Below, in pieces: positions 1 through 8,815 of a stretch of 51,622 nt of DNA. Positions within the stretch are counted from its first letter, which is position 1. Every line of letters begins with the position of its first letter. This stretch comes from Thermodesulfobacteriota bacterium (GTDB lineage: Bacteria > Desulfobacterota > Desulfobacteria > Desulfobacterales > SURF-7). Position numbers and translations under genes: made by a program. The notes beneath the pieces are model-generated. The model was not told the origin of the DNA. It made no database searches and worked only from the letters and a program-made list of their open reading frames with translations. The stretch lies in contig JBMORA010000058.1 in NCBI GenBank assembly GCA_049320885.1, positions 1 to 51,622 on the forward strand. The letters are read 5' to 3'.

Positions 1-127
1 TTTGGTTCCAAAAGCCGAAAAACTGATAAATTTTTAAAATCTTTAATCGGAAAAAATATTTTCGTTAATATAGATAAATATATTTATATGTTACACGGTT
101 TTTAAAAAAGTTAACCGGACAGCAATG
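1..127. mobile_element. End of a probable IS4-family insertion sequence (terminal inverted repeat at 111-127)
   Basis: TTAACCGGACAGCAATG (reverse complement CATTGCTGTCCGGTTAA) resembles IS4-family termini. It is preceded by AT-rich DNA, and the downstream ATPase frame opens immediately after it (codon at 129) with no native start or Walker A. Confidence 0.6.
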
Positions 128-128
128 A

Positions 129-2543
129 GATAACATAGAAAGGTTTCGATTGTCTTCGGCGGAAAAATCACGGATTCAGCGTTTGGGAGCAAAGCAGGCC
201 AAATTGAAAGAGACTTTCGATATCGCCGAAAGGGCTCTGCAAGAGGCCAAGACCAACCAAACCATTGCCCGGGGGAAACTTGATCAACTCGAACTTCCAA
301 AAGATGCCCAGGCATTGGAGGATTGTCTTTCACGTGCAATAGAACAGGGCCGCATTGAAGAGCGGCTTGCCAATGCCGAGACGGAACGCGCAGCAGCTTT
401 TGAACAGGCTGAGGTTGATTTAGCGGCTCTGGAATTGTGGAGTGGAGACCTGAGAGCATTGGAAGAACTGCCCATTCCCACTTTGGAAACCATGCGCCGA
501 TTTGAAAGCGATCTGTCCACAGTCGATGGCCAAATGGCCGAGATCGAGAAGGAGGGGCGCCGCCTGCACCAGCAATTGAAAGAGCTTCAAAAGGATCTCT
601 CTGCTTTGATACAATTACGGCAGTTGCCATCGCTGGAAGATCTGATAGCCCAGCGTACACTTCGGGACAGAGGCTGGCGTTCGGTTCGAAACGTATGGCT
701 CGAGGGGGGTGAGGCTGACCAGGAATTTCTTGCTACCATGCCGGTTGGACTTGATCTTGCCTCGGCCTACGAAAAGGCTGTGGCTATTGCCGATGAAACT
801 TCGGACACCCTTCGCAAAGATGCGGAGGACGTCACACGGGCTCAGACCCTGAAATCCACTATTTTGGAATTGACCGCTGGCTTAGAGGAAAATCAAGCGC
901 AGCTAAAAGGCCAGGGGGAACGAAGAGCTGTGCTATTGGAAAGCTGGAACCAGATATGGGCATCACTGTCGATTGCACCAAGGAGCCCCAGGGAGATGCA
1001 AGTATGGGCTGAGAAGGTCGGAGAAATTCGCCGCGAAGCTGCGGACTGCCGGAGTAAAAAAATGCTGGCAGACAAGTTGAATGCCGATATTAAAAGGATA
1101 ACTGCCGAGGTGACTGTAATTTTAAGCGATTTGGGCATTTCAGTGCCGGGCAATATTGGTTTCGCTGCTTTGCTGGAGAAGGCCAAACATATAAAAAAAA
1201 ACAATAGCGAATTGATGGAAACACGCCATGCGCTTGAAAAGAGGTTGGAGGCATGTGAACAGGAGATTCGTGACAACCGCTACCGAAAGGATCAGGCCGA
1301 AAAAGATCTCCAGAGTTGGTCCCAGGAGTGGGCTCAGGCAATCAATAAATTGGGCATAGACGTCGGTAAGTACCCAGATGAAGTGAATGATTTTATTTTG
1401 AATCTGGACGAAGTGTTCAATGAATTGGATAAAGTCAGAGAAAAGCAGCAGCGTATTGCCGGTATCAAACATAATTATGAGGAATATACCAAGCGAGTCC
1501 AGGATGCATTGGAGCGTCTCGCCCCGGAATTGAAAGAAATGGAGACTACCGAAGCCGTGATCGAACTGGAAAGTCGGCTGGTTCGGGACACGAATCAGCA
1601 CAAAGACTGGAAGTTTTATGAGGATGAGCGGCGTAAAAAGAGTACTCTACTGTCGAATACAAGGCAAGACCTGGCGAAGCTGGTTGAGGAATTACGCTTA
1701 CTTTGCGTAGATGCACAAACTGAAAATCCGGATGAGCTGCCGGAGATCGAACGACAAGCTGCTGCTAAAAGCAAACGGCTAACTGAGCTTGGGGCTATCA
1801 ATGAACATCTGGCTGACTCGTCTTCCGGCCAGGATTTGAAGCTTTTTGTAGAGCAGGTCAGAGTCCATGATCCGGATGAACTGTTCGCGCGAATTGAACG
1901 TCTGACTGCTCAGCAGACTAACCTATATGAAGAACAAAAACATAATGTTGAGAATATTGCCATTCAAAAGAGAGAGTTGGAATCATTCGGTGGTAAATCG
2001 GTTGCCGCTGGTATTGCCGAATCAATGGAAGGATTGGTCGGTACAGTTCAAACGGATGTTGAACATTATATTATTCTCAGGATGGCCTCCCTGATCCTCG
2101 GAAAAGCCATCGAACGCTATCGCCAAATCAATCAAAGCCCAGTGTTGGAAGCCGCCAGCAGATATTTTGCTGCGATCACGGGTCATTCTTTTGAAGGGCT
2201 CAAGGCTGATTATAATGAAAATGGTGACCCGGTGATTAAGGCGGTTCGACCGGATGGGAAGCAACTCATGATACATGAAATGAGTGACGGCAGCCGAGAC
2301 CAACTGTTTTTATCTTTGCGAATGGGTGGGCTGGAAAAATATGTCCACACCAATGGTCCCATGCCGTTCATTGTCGATGATGTCCTAGTACATTTCGATG
2401 ACGAGCGCTCTGCTGCAGCCTTGCAGGCCCTGGGAAGCCTCTCTGAAAGAACCCAGATACTTTTTTTTACCCATCACCAGCATCTTGTTGAGCTGGCAAA
2501 AACGCATGTGCAAGCCGAGCGTTTGAAAGTTCATTATTTCTAA
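129..2543 (+). pseudogene. YhaN-like (SMC/Rad50-type ABC ATPase) coiled-coil protein, 5'-truncated
   Basis: Long coiled coil followed by the ABC signature MSDGSRDQ, Walker B/D-loop PFIVDDVLVHFDDER and H-loop FFTHH. The N-terminal Walker A half is absent and the frame begins right at the IS end. Confidence 0.8.
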
Positions 2544-2624
2544 GGTTGTAATGGGTTAAAGGTTTTTTGATGCCTCAGCGAATTCTGTCGAGAAATAATA
2601 CAATAAATCTTCGAAAGGAAGCTT

Positions 2625-3749
2625 ATGAAAGCGATTCAATTGTGGGCGATTGATCGAAATGATCCAACGATCATAAAAGCGACACTTGTTGATGGCGTTG
2701 ACAATACAGAAACGGAGGCGATTTTAGAGGACATACTTACTCGAACACCGAGCCTGTTGGCAGACAACCTGTCACTTATAGGCCGCCAAGTGCCGACAGA
2801 GGGGGGACCACTTGACCTTCTCGGGGTTGATGAGGATGGTCGGCTTGTTGTGTTCGAACTTAAACGGGGAACCTTGACTCGTGATGCAGTCGCGCAAGTG
2901 CTTGACTATGTATCCGATCTGGCTGAGATGGATTCGGAAAGGCTATGCAAATTGGTAGAGGATTGCTCGGGAAGACTCGGTATTGAGAAAATTGACGACT
3001 TCGAAGATTGGTATGGAGAACGATTTCCAGATAGCGATGGACCTACAACTCTGACTCCAAGAGCCATCCTTGTTGGGTTGGGTGTTGACGATAGAGCTCG
3101 CCGAATAGTAAATTATTTGGCAAATACAGGAGTTGATATTCAATTGCTTACATTTCATGCATTTATGAATAGTGGGCAGCTTCTATTTGCTCGCCAGGTT
3201 GAAACTGTTTCACCGATCGTTCGCCTATCTTCCAATCGCTCGACCGCATCCTCAAAGGCGGCAAATCTTCAGATACTACGCGACCACGCGAATTCAGTTG
3301 GGGTTTCTGACTTTTTTGAAGAAGTGACTCAATTTTTAGAAGAAGCACTCCCCGCCTATGCTTGGCCAGGCAAAACATCCTTTACGTACTATTTGACAGA
3401 AAGAACTGAACAAGGAAAGCCAACGCAGAGAGCATATGTATCCTTATATCTCAACCCAAAAGTGAAAAAAACTTTGACATTGGTGTTCATTCCAAGAGCG
3501 GTTCAAGTCGGAAAAGCTGAGATAGAAAAATTCGGAGAAAAATTTTCCGATATTGTAACGAAGAATGTAAAGTCTGGTCAAATAGACGTCCGCATAACTC
3601 CCGATAGTTGGGGTTCTATTTCTAAAGACATTTTTGAGGTATTAAAAGCTGTAGTTAATGGATGGAAAACAAAGTCGGTGAACCCTCTTGTTGAAACACT
3701 ACATAGCAAAGAAGAACTGCAGGCTGTATCGACAGTAGAATCAAACTAA
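2625..3749 (+). CDS. NucS/DUF91-like PD-(D/E)XK endonuclease domain protein
   Basis: E..LEDIL...IGRQVPTEGGPLDLLGVDEDGRLVVFELKRG...AVAQVLDY motif; RBS AAGGA upstream. Confidence 0.8.
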   Translation: MKAIQLWAIDRNDPTIIKATLVDGVDNTETEAILEDILTRTPSLLADNLSLIGRQVPTEGGPLDLLGVDEDGRLVVFELKRGTLTRDAVAQVLDYVSDLAEMDSERLCKLVEDCSGRLGIEKIDDFEDWYGERFPDSDGPTTLTPRAILVGLGVDDRARRIVNYLANTGVDIQLLTFHAFMNSGQLLFARQVETVSPIVRLSSNRSTASSKAANLQILRDHANSVGVSDFFEEVTQFLEEALPAYAWPGKTSFTYYLTERTEQGKPTQRAYVSLYLNPKVKKTLTLVFIPRAVQVGKAEIEKFGEKFSDIVTKNVKSGQIDVRITPDSWGSISKDIFEVLKAVVNGWKTKSVNPLVETLHSKEELQAVSTVESN

Positions 3750-3864
3750 TCCATGCTGTATTGTTGAACGCCCCAAAAAGCGAAATGGTGTGGTGGAGGT
3801 TTTTCTTACTTTTCAATAATTGAAAACGAAATTGCTTTCAGCCGTGACTTCTGGATATGCCTGT

Positions 3865-3963
3865 ATTTGACCGCGCCAGTGGCGCCGAACATGGACAGCT
3901 ATTTCACCGGGGCGGCTGTTTCCGTCAGGATGAAGCTGTCCACATAGGCCTGGACCCGTCCTT
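3865..3963 (-). pseudogene. 99-bp degenerate copy of the 5' part of the backbone gene at 27325-27930
   Basis: Aligns without gaps to 27798-27896 with 6 mismatches, one of which turns TAC into TAG. Confidence 0.9.
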
Positions 3964-4011
3964 GAGCTGTTGGCCCGCTATCTTCCCGGCGCCGGAACTT
4001 CCGGTCAGGAT

Positions 4012-4154
4012 CAGGATGGTAAGCTGGTCGATGTGATTTCCCATGTGCCGGCCATGTAGGAACGCATCGGCACCTAGATTAGCGTTCGCCCGGTTTCCGG
4101 CGGCAGAAGCACCATTGCCGGTCCTGGCTGCCAAAGGCGACTGAATGCCAATTG
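4012..4154 (+). pseudogene. C-terminal remnant of an SbcC-type ATPase gene
   Basis: Translates QDGKLVDVISHVPAM*ERIGT*ISVRPVSGGRSTIAGPGC, matching the SbcC H-loop tail (GKxxGVISHV..KERI..QI.V), with two in-frame stops. Confidence 0.7.
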
Positions 4155-4228
4155 AAAAGTGACGTAAGGGAGATGCATTCAGGGGGACGAATTTTTGACA
4201 TGGAATACAGCAGACTGGGGACATCAAT

Positions 4229-5113
4229 ATGAGCAACCAGACGGAAAAGGATGTGAGCCAGCAACAACTGTTTGACACACAAGGCACCAGGGCTTTGCTG
4301 GACCAGCTCTTAAACGACTCGAAGCTTTATACGCAGAGCAAGGATTACAAGGAACTCCTTGATTTTGTAGTTCGCCTTCGAAACCTCGCGCCTTTCAATG
4401 CCATGTTGCTTCAGGTTCAGAAGCCCGGCCTGCGTTTTGCTGCCTCAGCGCTTGATTGGCGTGAGCGTTTTGGGCGGCGGCCGAAAGAAAAGGCGCGTCC
4501 ATTGTTAATCCTCTGGCCATTTGGTCCGGTTGCACTGGTTTATGATGAAATGGATACCGAGGGGAAAGACCTTCCGGAAGGTGTCGCCGCTTTTCCCGCG
4601 CGTGGAGACATCGATGAAGACCGGATTGCCTCGTTTCGAGTGAGGATTGCAAAGAAAAACATTGGATGGTGCTACGTTGATGAAGGGGATAATAATGCCG
4701 GCACAATCCGTGTGGTCAGGTGTGCAAAGAACCAAAAGGAAGCAACACAATACCAAATAAATATGAATCACAATCATTCACCGGCAATACAATTTGCCAC
4801 ATTAGCCCATGAACTTGGCCATCTGTTTCTCGGCCATCTTGGACTTGATATGAAACTGAAGATTACTGATCGTCGTCATCAAGACAAACAACAGAAAGAA
4901 ATCGAAGCTGAATCAGTGTCATACATTGTGTGCACCCGTAACGGCGTGATCTCTAAATCACAGAGCTATCTTGCCAACTATGTGAATGAGAACGCAACCG
5001 TAGATAATATCGATGTATACCAGGTAATGAGAGCAGCTGGACAAGTGGAGACGCTGCTCGAATTGAATACCCATGCCAACAAGTTTTCGAAATCCGAAAT
5101 TGGCAGGTCATAA
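4229..5113 (+). CDS. ArdC-like ssDNA-binding / IrrE-ImmA-type zinc metallopeptidase
   Basis: N-terminal PFNAMLLQVQKP..W...R..K..ARPLLILWP; HELGH motif plus downstream EIEAESVSY. Confidence 0.75.
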   Translation: MSNQTEKDVSQQQLFDTQGTRALLDQLLNDSKLYTQSKDYKELLDFVVRLRNLAPFNAMLLQVQKPGLRFAASALDWRERFGRRPKEKARPLLILWPFGPVALVYDEMDTEGKDLPEGVAAFPARGDIDEDRIASFRVRIAKKNIGWCYVDEGDNNAGTIRVVRCAKNQKEATQYQINMNHNHSPAIQFATLAHELGHLFLGHLGLDMKLKITDRRHQDKQQKEIEAESVSYIVCTRNGVISKSQSYLANYVNENATVDNIDVYQVMRAAGQVETLLELNTHANKFSKSEIGRS

Positions 5114-5133
5114 ATAGACGTTTGGACAAATGA

Positions 5134-5660
5134 ATGAAGAAAAACAGCCGAAAATTGGCCAAAACCTGGCCCTACATACGACATAAGAATTTCGAGGCAT
5201 CTCTGCGCAGTGCCGCCAGGAAATGGTTTGCCTCCCGAGGGTTCGCGACCCATCCCCGGATGGACTATTGTCTGGAGCGTCATGATCTTTGGCCGCAGAA
5301 CATCATTTGCCCGGACGTGGCGGAGTACATCCAGGCGGAACAGAAGCGGCATCTCGGTGAGGATTACTTTCCCTTGCACAAGTATCTTCACCACGGGCTT
5401 TCCAGCCAGGCCATGGCCTTCAATCTCATTGGGCCGCTGGTGGTCCGGAAGGATTTCGAACCGTTGCGGCAGTGCATCACGGGGATTGGTCTGGATTGGC
5501 CGGAAGGCGATGTCCAGGCTGGCTTTGAACAGGATGACCGGGATGTTTTCCATGAAGACGCCGGCCAGCCCACCTCCATCGATGTCACCCTGACCGGAAA
5601 AACCGGAAGCGTTTTTATGGAAGTGAAGCTGGCGCAGACGGAATTCGGTGGGTGTTCGGT
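5134..5660 (+). pseudogene. PGN_0703-like PD-(D/E)XK putative restriction endonuclease, N-terminal part
   Basis: HHGLSSQAMAFNL and PTSIDV...FMEVKL..EFGGCS motifs. GC-rich coding sequence switches abruptly to AT-rich DNA at about 5660. Confidence 0.7.
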
Positions 5661-5730
5661 ATTACAATCCATTGAAAATAATTCTTATTTATATTTTTAT
5701 GTAAACAGAAAAATAATTATTTCTAAAAAT

Positions 5731-5939
5731 TATCAAGCTGGCTCGATAAGTACATAATTTTCGTGCAATCAAGCAGCCAAAGAGCTTGATCTTTCCATAA
5801 GGAGTTGAAAAATCGTGCAATATTGTGTTAATGAATTTTATAGGGTTTTGTTGGATTTTTCTACGTTTATATGAAAAAGTGGCAGAAAGTTAATTTTTGT
5901 CGGCTATTCGAGCCGGCTCGATAATAGTATATGTTAGAT
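5731..5939 (+). other. attI-like recombination region upstream of an integron cassette
   Basis: AT-rich stretch ending in core site GTTAGAT (5933-5939); perfect palindrome TCGAGCCGGCTCGA at 5908-5921; GGCTCGATAA repeated at 5740 and 5915. Confidence 0.5.
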
Positions 5940-5954
5940 CGAGAAGGGAATCCA

Positions 5955-6698
5955 ATGGCGAACGGATCAGACACAAATTCAGCTCTTGCGGTTCTCATTG
6001 ACGCGGACAATGCAAACCCGTCAATCGTGGAGGGCTTGCTAGCCGAGATCGCAAAGCTTGGTGTGGCAAGTATAAAGCGGATCTACGGAGATTGGACCAC
6101 ACCAAACTTGGCGTCATGGAAGACCGCCCTCTTAGAGTTTTCAATTTTGCCAATTCAGCAGTTCCGGTACACGACCGGCAAGAATGCCACCGACAGCGCA
6201 ATGATCATTGATGCAATGGATCTGCTATACACGGGACGATTCTCCGGATTCTGCTTGGTTTCAAGTGATAGCGACTTTACCAGATTGGCATCTCGCATAC
6301 GTGAGTCGGGAAGACAGGTCTATGGCTTTGGGGAAAGAAAGACGCCACGTGCATTTGTGTCGGCATGCGACCGGTTCATCTATACAGATGTCTTTATGCA
6401 ACCACAGGATGACCCCGCTGCTAAGGAGCTGAAACCTCGCACAAGCAAGGAACTACGTTGTGACACCAGGTTGTTGAATCTGATGCGTTCGGCCATCGAT
6501 GCCGCCTCCGATGAAACCGGGTGGGCACAGTTGTCACCAGTTGGAAGCTACATCAGCAAGACTGCAAACGACTTCGATCCAAGAAATTACGGCTTCTCCA
6601 AACTCAATGAACTAATCACCGCCATAGGGCTGTTCGAAATCGAACGCAGGGAGAATCGCGTCTACGTAAGGCATACCCGCAAGAAAACGTCATCATGA
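5955..6698 (+). CDS. NYN (PIN-like, LabA/DUF88) domain protein with C-terminal OST-HTH/LOTUS domain; integron gene cassette
   Basis: LAVLIDADN, KRIYGDW, GKNATD, VSSDSDF, FDPRNYGFSKL motifs. The start at 5955 has an RBS and lies inside the cassette boundary. Confidence 0.9.
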   Translation: MANGSDTNSALAVLIDADNANPSIVEGLLAEIAKLGVASIKRIYGDWTTPNLASWKTALLEFSILPIQQFRYTTGKNATDSAMIIDAMDLLYTGRFSGFCLVSSDSDFTRLASRIRESGRQVYGFGERKTPRAFVSACDRFIYTDVFMQPQDDPAAKELKPRTSKELRCDTRLLNLMRSAIDAASDETGWAQLSPVGSYISKTANDFDPRNYGFSKLNELITAIGLFEIERRENRVYVRHTRKKTSS

Positions 6699-6787
6699 TC
6701 TAACGACGCAATCAACCGGACGGCGGATACAGCTTTCCATCTTGCTCGAAGCACCGAGCACGCCGCCGGTTATCGCGAATGTTATGC
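6698..6787 (+). other. attC: Integron attC site (90 bp)
   Basis: Inverse core ATCTAAC overlaps the stop codon, core GTTATGC at 6781-6787, paired arms AACCGG(A)CGGCG / CGCCGCCGGTT with extrahelical bases. ATCTAAC is the exact reverse complement of GTTAGAT at the cassette start. Confidence 0.85.
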
Positions 6788-6807
6788 CTGATCGCGCACT
6801 TCCAACC

Positions 6808-7080
6808 AATTATTGCCAGTTTTTCCGGGAGGTCTTGTTTGCCTTTGCCAAAGGGGGTACATTTGTCCTGCTCCATGACGAACGCAACCCGGCCTTTTTC
6901 AGAACATCGGCGGATGGGACCACCCAATGCGGCCTGTGGCCGTTTCTTTTGGAATCGATCCCCCCGATCTTGCGTCGCAGGGTCGGCCGGCTGACGGTGC
7001 AAGGGCTTGTGCAGGCAATTGTCGAATCCGGCCGTCATGGGGACTGGATTCACGATTTTCAGGATAAATTTGGACTCTGA
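6808..7080 (+). pseudogene. Probable C-terminal part of the endonuclease begun at 5134
   Basis: NYCQFFREVLFA...FVLLHDERNPAF...DKFGL* has no credible start, returns to GC-rich codon style and resembles the YQ-containing C-terminal half of this family. Confidence 0.6.
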
Positions 7081-7196
7081 TGAACGAGAATTTTTGTGCA
7101 AGTCATTTACAATTCAGCCGAGAACTGCATATAAATTCGAAATCGCCGGAAGCGGCTCAACCCGCTGAAATCCTCCTCCAAGAAAGGCAGCTTGGC

Positions 7197-8666
7197 ATGT
7201 CGACGCGATATAAAATCTTCATCAGCAGCGTTCAGAAAGAACTATCCGAAGAACGACGGGCAGTGAAAGAATTCATCACCCGTGATCCCCTGTTGAGCCG
7301 CTTCGTGTTCAAGGTATTTCTCTTCGAAGATATTCCTGCCGCAGACCGTAAACCGGATGATATCTATCTGCATGAGGTCGAGCAGTGCGATATTTACCTT
7401 GCGATCCTGGGCAAACAATACGGGTGGAAAGGCGCGGATGGTAAATCCCCGACTGAACTGGAATTTGAACAAGCCACCCGAACCCATCGGGAGCGCCTCG
7501 TCTTTGTGAAAGGAGACGATGACAACTCCCGCGAACCGGAAATGGCAAAACTGGTGAACAAGGCGGGACGACAGGTCACCCGGCGCCGTTTTTCCGATAC
7601 ACCCGGCCTGATCCGTGAGGTCTATGCCAGCTTGATAGAATGCCTGGAGGGCAGGGGGGATTTCCGATCCACACCTTTTGACGACAGCGTTTGTGACGGG
7701 GCGACCCTCCAGGATATCGACACTGCGGAAGTCGACGCTTTTGTCGAAACCGCCGAAGCCGCAGGCCGGTTGAGCCTCAAAGGCGTGCGCACACCCAAAG
7801 CGGTCCTGCAGCATTTCAATCTCCTTCGGGACGGCCGGCCCACCAACGCCGCCATGCTGCTTTTCGGGAAGAGGCCAGAGGTGTTTTTCAACAACGCCCA
7901 AGTGCATTGTTTTCATTTCCTTGGAACGGAAAAACGCAAGCCCATTGCCTCCCAGCAGCCATATTCCGGAAGATTGCGGGAAGTCATCGACCAGGCCGTG
8001 GAGTTCGTTCTCGGCAAGATCGACCGCAGCGTGGGAACCCGCGCCATGGGAGTGCAAGTGCCGGTCAAGTTCGAGATTCCCCGCCCGGTCATTACCGAAG
8101 CCATTGTCAACGCAGTCGCCCATCGGAACTACCGCCATAATGGCTTCGTCCAGGTAATCGTGTTTGCCGACCGCATCGAGGTGTGGAACCCGGGAGAACT
8201 CCCGCCAGGATTGACCCCCGCGCTGTTGCGGGAACCCCATGGCCCCATACCGCGCAACCCCTTGATCGCCGAGCCGTTGTTCCGGGTGAAATACGTAGAG
8301 AAAGCCGGCACCGGCACAACGGATATGATCGCCGATTGCCGGGAAGCGGGACTTCCGGAACCGGACTTCGGACAGCGCGGCCCCCATTTTGTCGTTACCA
8401 TCTGGCGGGACTGGCTGACGGATGCAGTAATGGGTAATCTTGGCCTGACAGACCAGGAACGAAAACTGATCCTATCAATTAAAGCAAGAGGAAGAATTAG
8501 CAACAGAGAATATCAAGAGACTTTTCAGGTGTCGAAAGCAACAGCATCGAGACATCTTGATGCATTGGCAAGCAAGGGCGTTCTAACGAAGATTGGTACA
8601 ACCGGTAGAGGCACTCATTATGTGATTTCACGCAAAGGGCTCATAAAGGGCTCAAAGGGGTCATGA
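7197..8666 (+). CDS. DUF4062 domain + RecG-C-terminal-like/HATPase_c_4 + winged HTH protein
   Basis: KIFISSVQKEL.EER, CDIYLAILG..YG, SPTELEF (DUF4062); EAIVNAVAHRNY, DRIEVWNPG, RNPLIA, EKAGTG; C-terminal ISNREYQ..TASRHL. Start at 7197 chosen for its RBS. Confidence 0.8.
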   Translation: MSTRYKIFISSVQKELSEERRAVKEFITRDPLLSRFVFKVFLFEDIPAADRKPDDIYLHEVEQCDIYLAILGKQYGWKGADGKSPTELEFEQATRTHRERLVFVKGDDDNSREPEMAKLVNKAGRQVTRRRFSDTPGLIREVYASLIECLEGRGDFRSTPFDDSVCDGATLQDIDTAEVDAFVETAEAAGRLSLKGVRTPKAVLQHFNLLRDGRPTNAAMLLFGKRPEVFFNNAQVHCFHFLGTEKRKPIASQQPYSGRLREVIDQAVEFVLGKIDRSVGTRAMGVQVPVKFEIPRPVITEAIVNAVAHRNYRHNGFVQVIVFADRIEVWNPGELPPGLTPALLREPHGPIPRNPLIAEPLFRVKYVEKAGTGTTDMIADCREAGLPEPDFGQRGPHFVVTIWRDWLTDAVMGNLGLTDQERKLILSIKARGRISNREYQETFQVSKATASRHLDALASKGVLTKIGTTGRGTHYVISRKGLIKGSKGS

Positions 8667-8702
8667 TGCACAAAGGACTCATAAAGGGCTCAAAGGGCTC
8701 AT
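8633..8702 (+). repeat. 32-bp direct repeat built of AAAGGGCTC units spanning the stop codon
   Basis: 8633-8664 and 8671-8702 differ at 2 positions. Confidence 0.85.
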
Positions 8703-8746
8703 TTTGTAACTATCTACGATATAAGAAAAAACAGGCATGATTTTTC

Positions 8747-8775
8747 CTGGATTCCGGATCGAGTCCTGAATGGCG
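8747..8775. repeat. REP-like palindrome, solo arm
   Basis: CTGGATTCCGGATCGAGTCCTGAATGGCG; 24/29 identical to the reverse complement of 48024-48052. Confidence 0.6.
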
Positions 8776-8815
8776 GAATTTAGACATTACTCTTTCAACA
8801 AATCGGATTTTTCTT

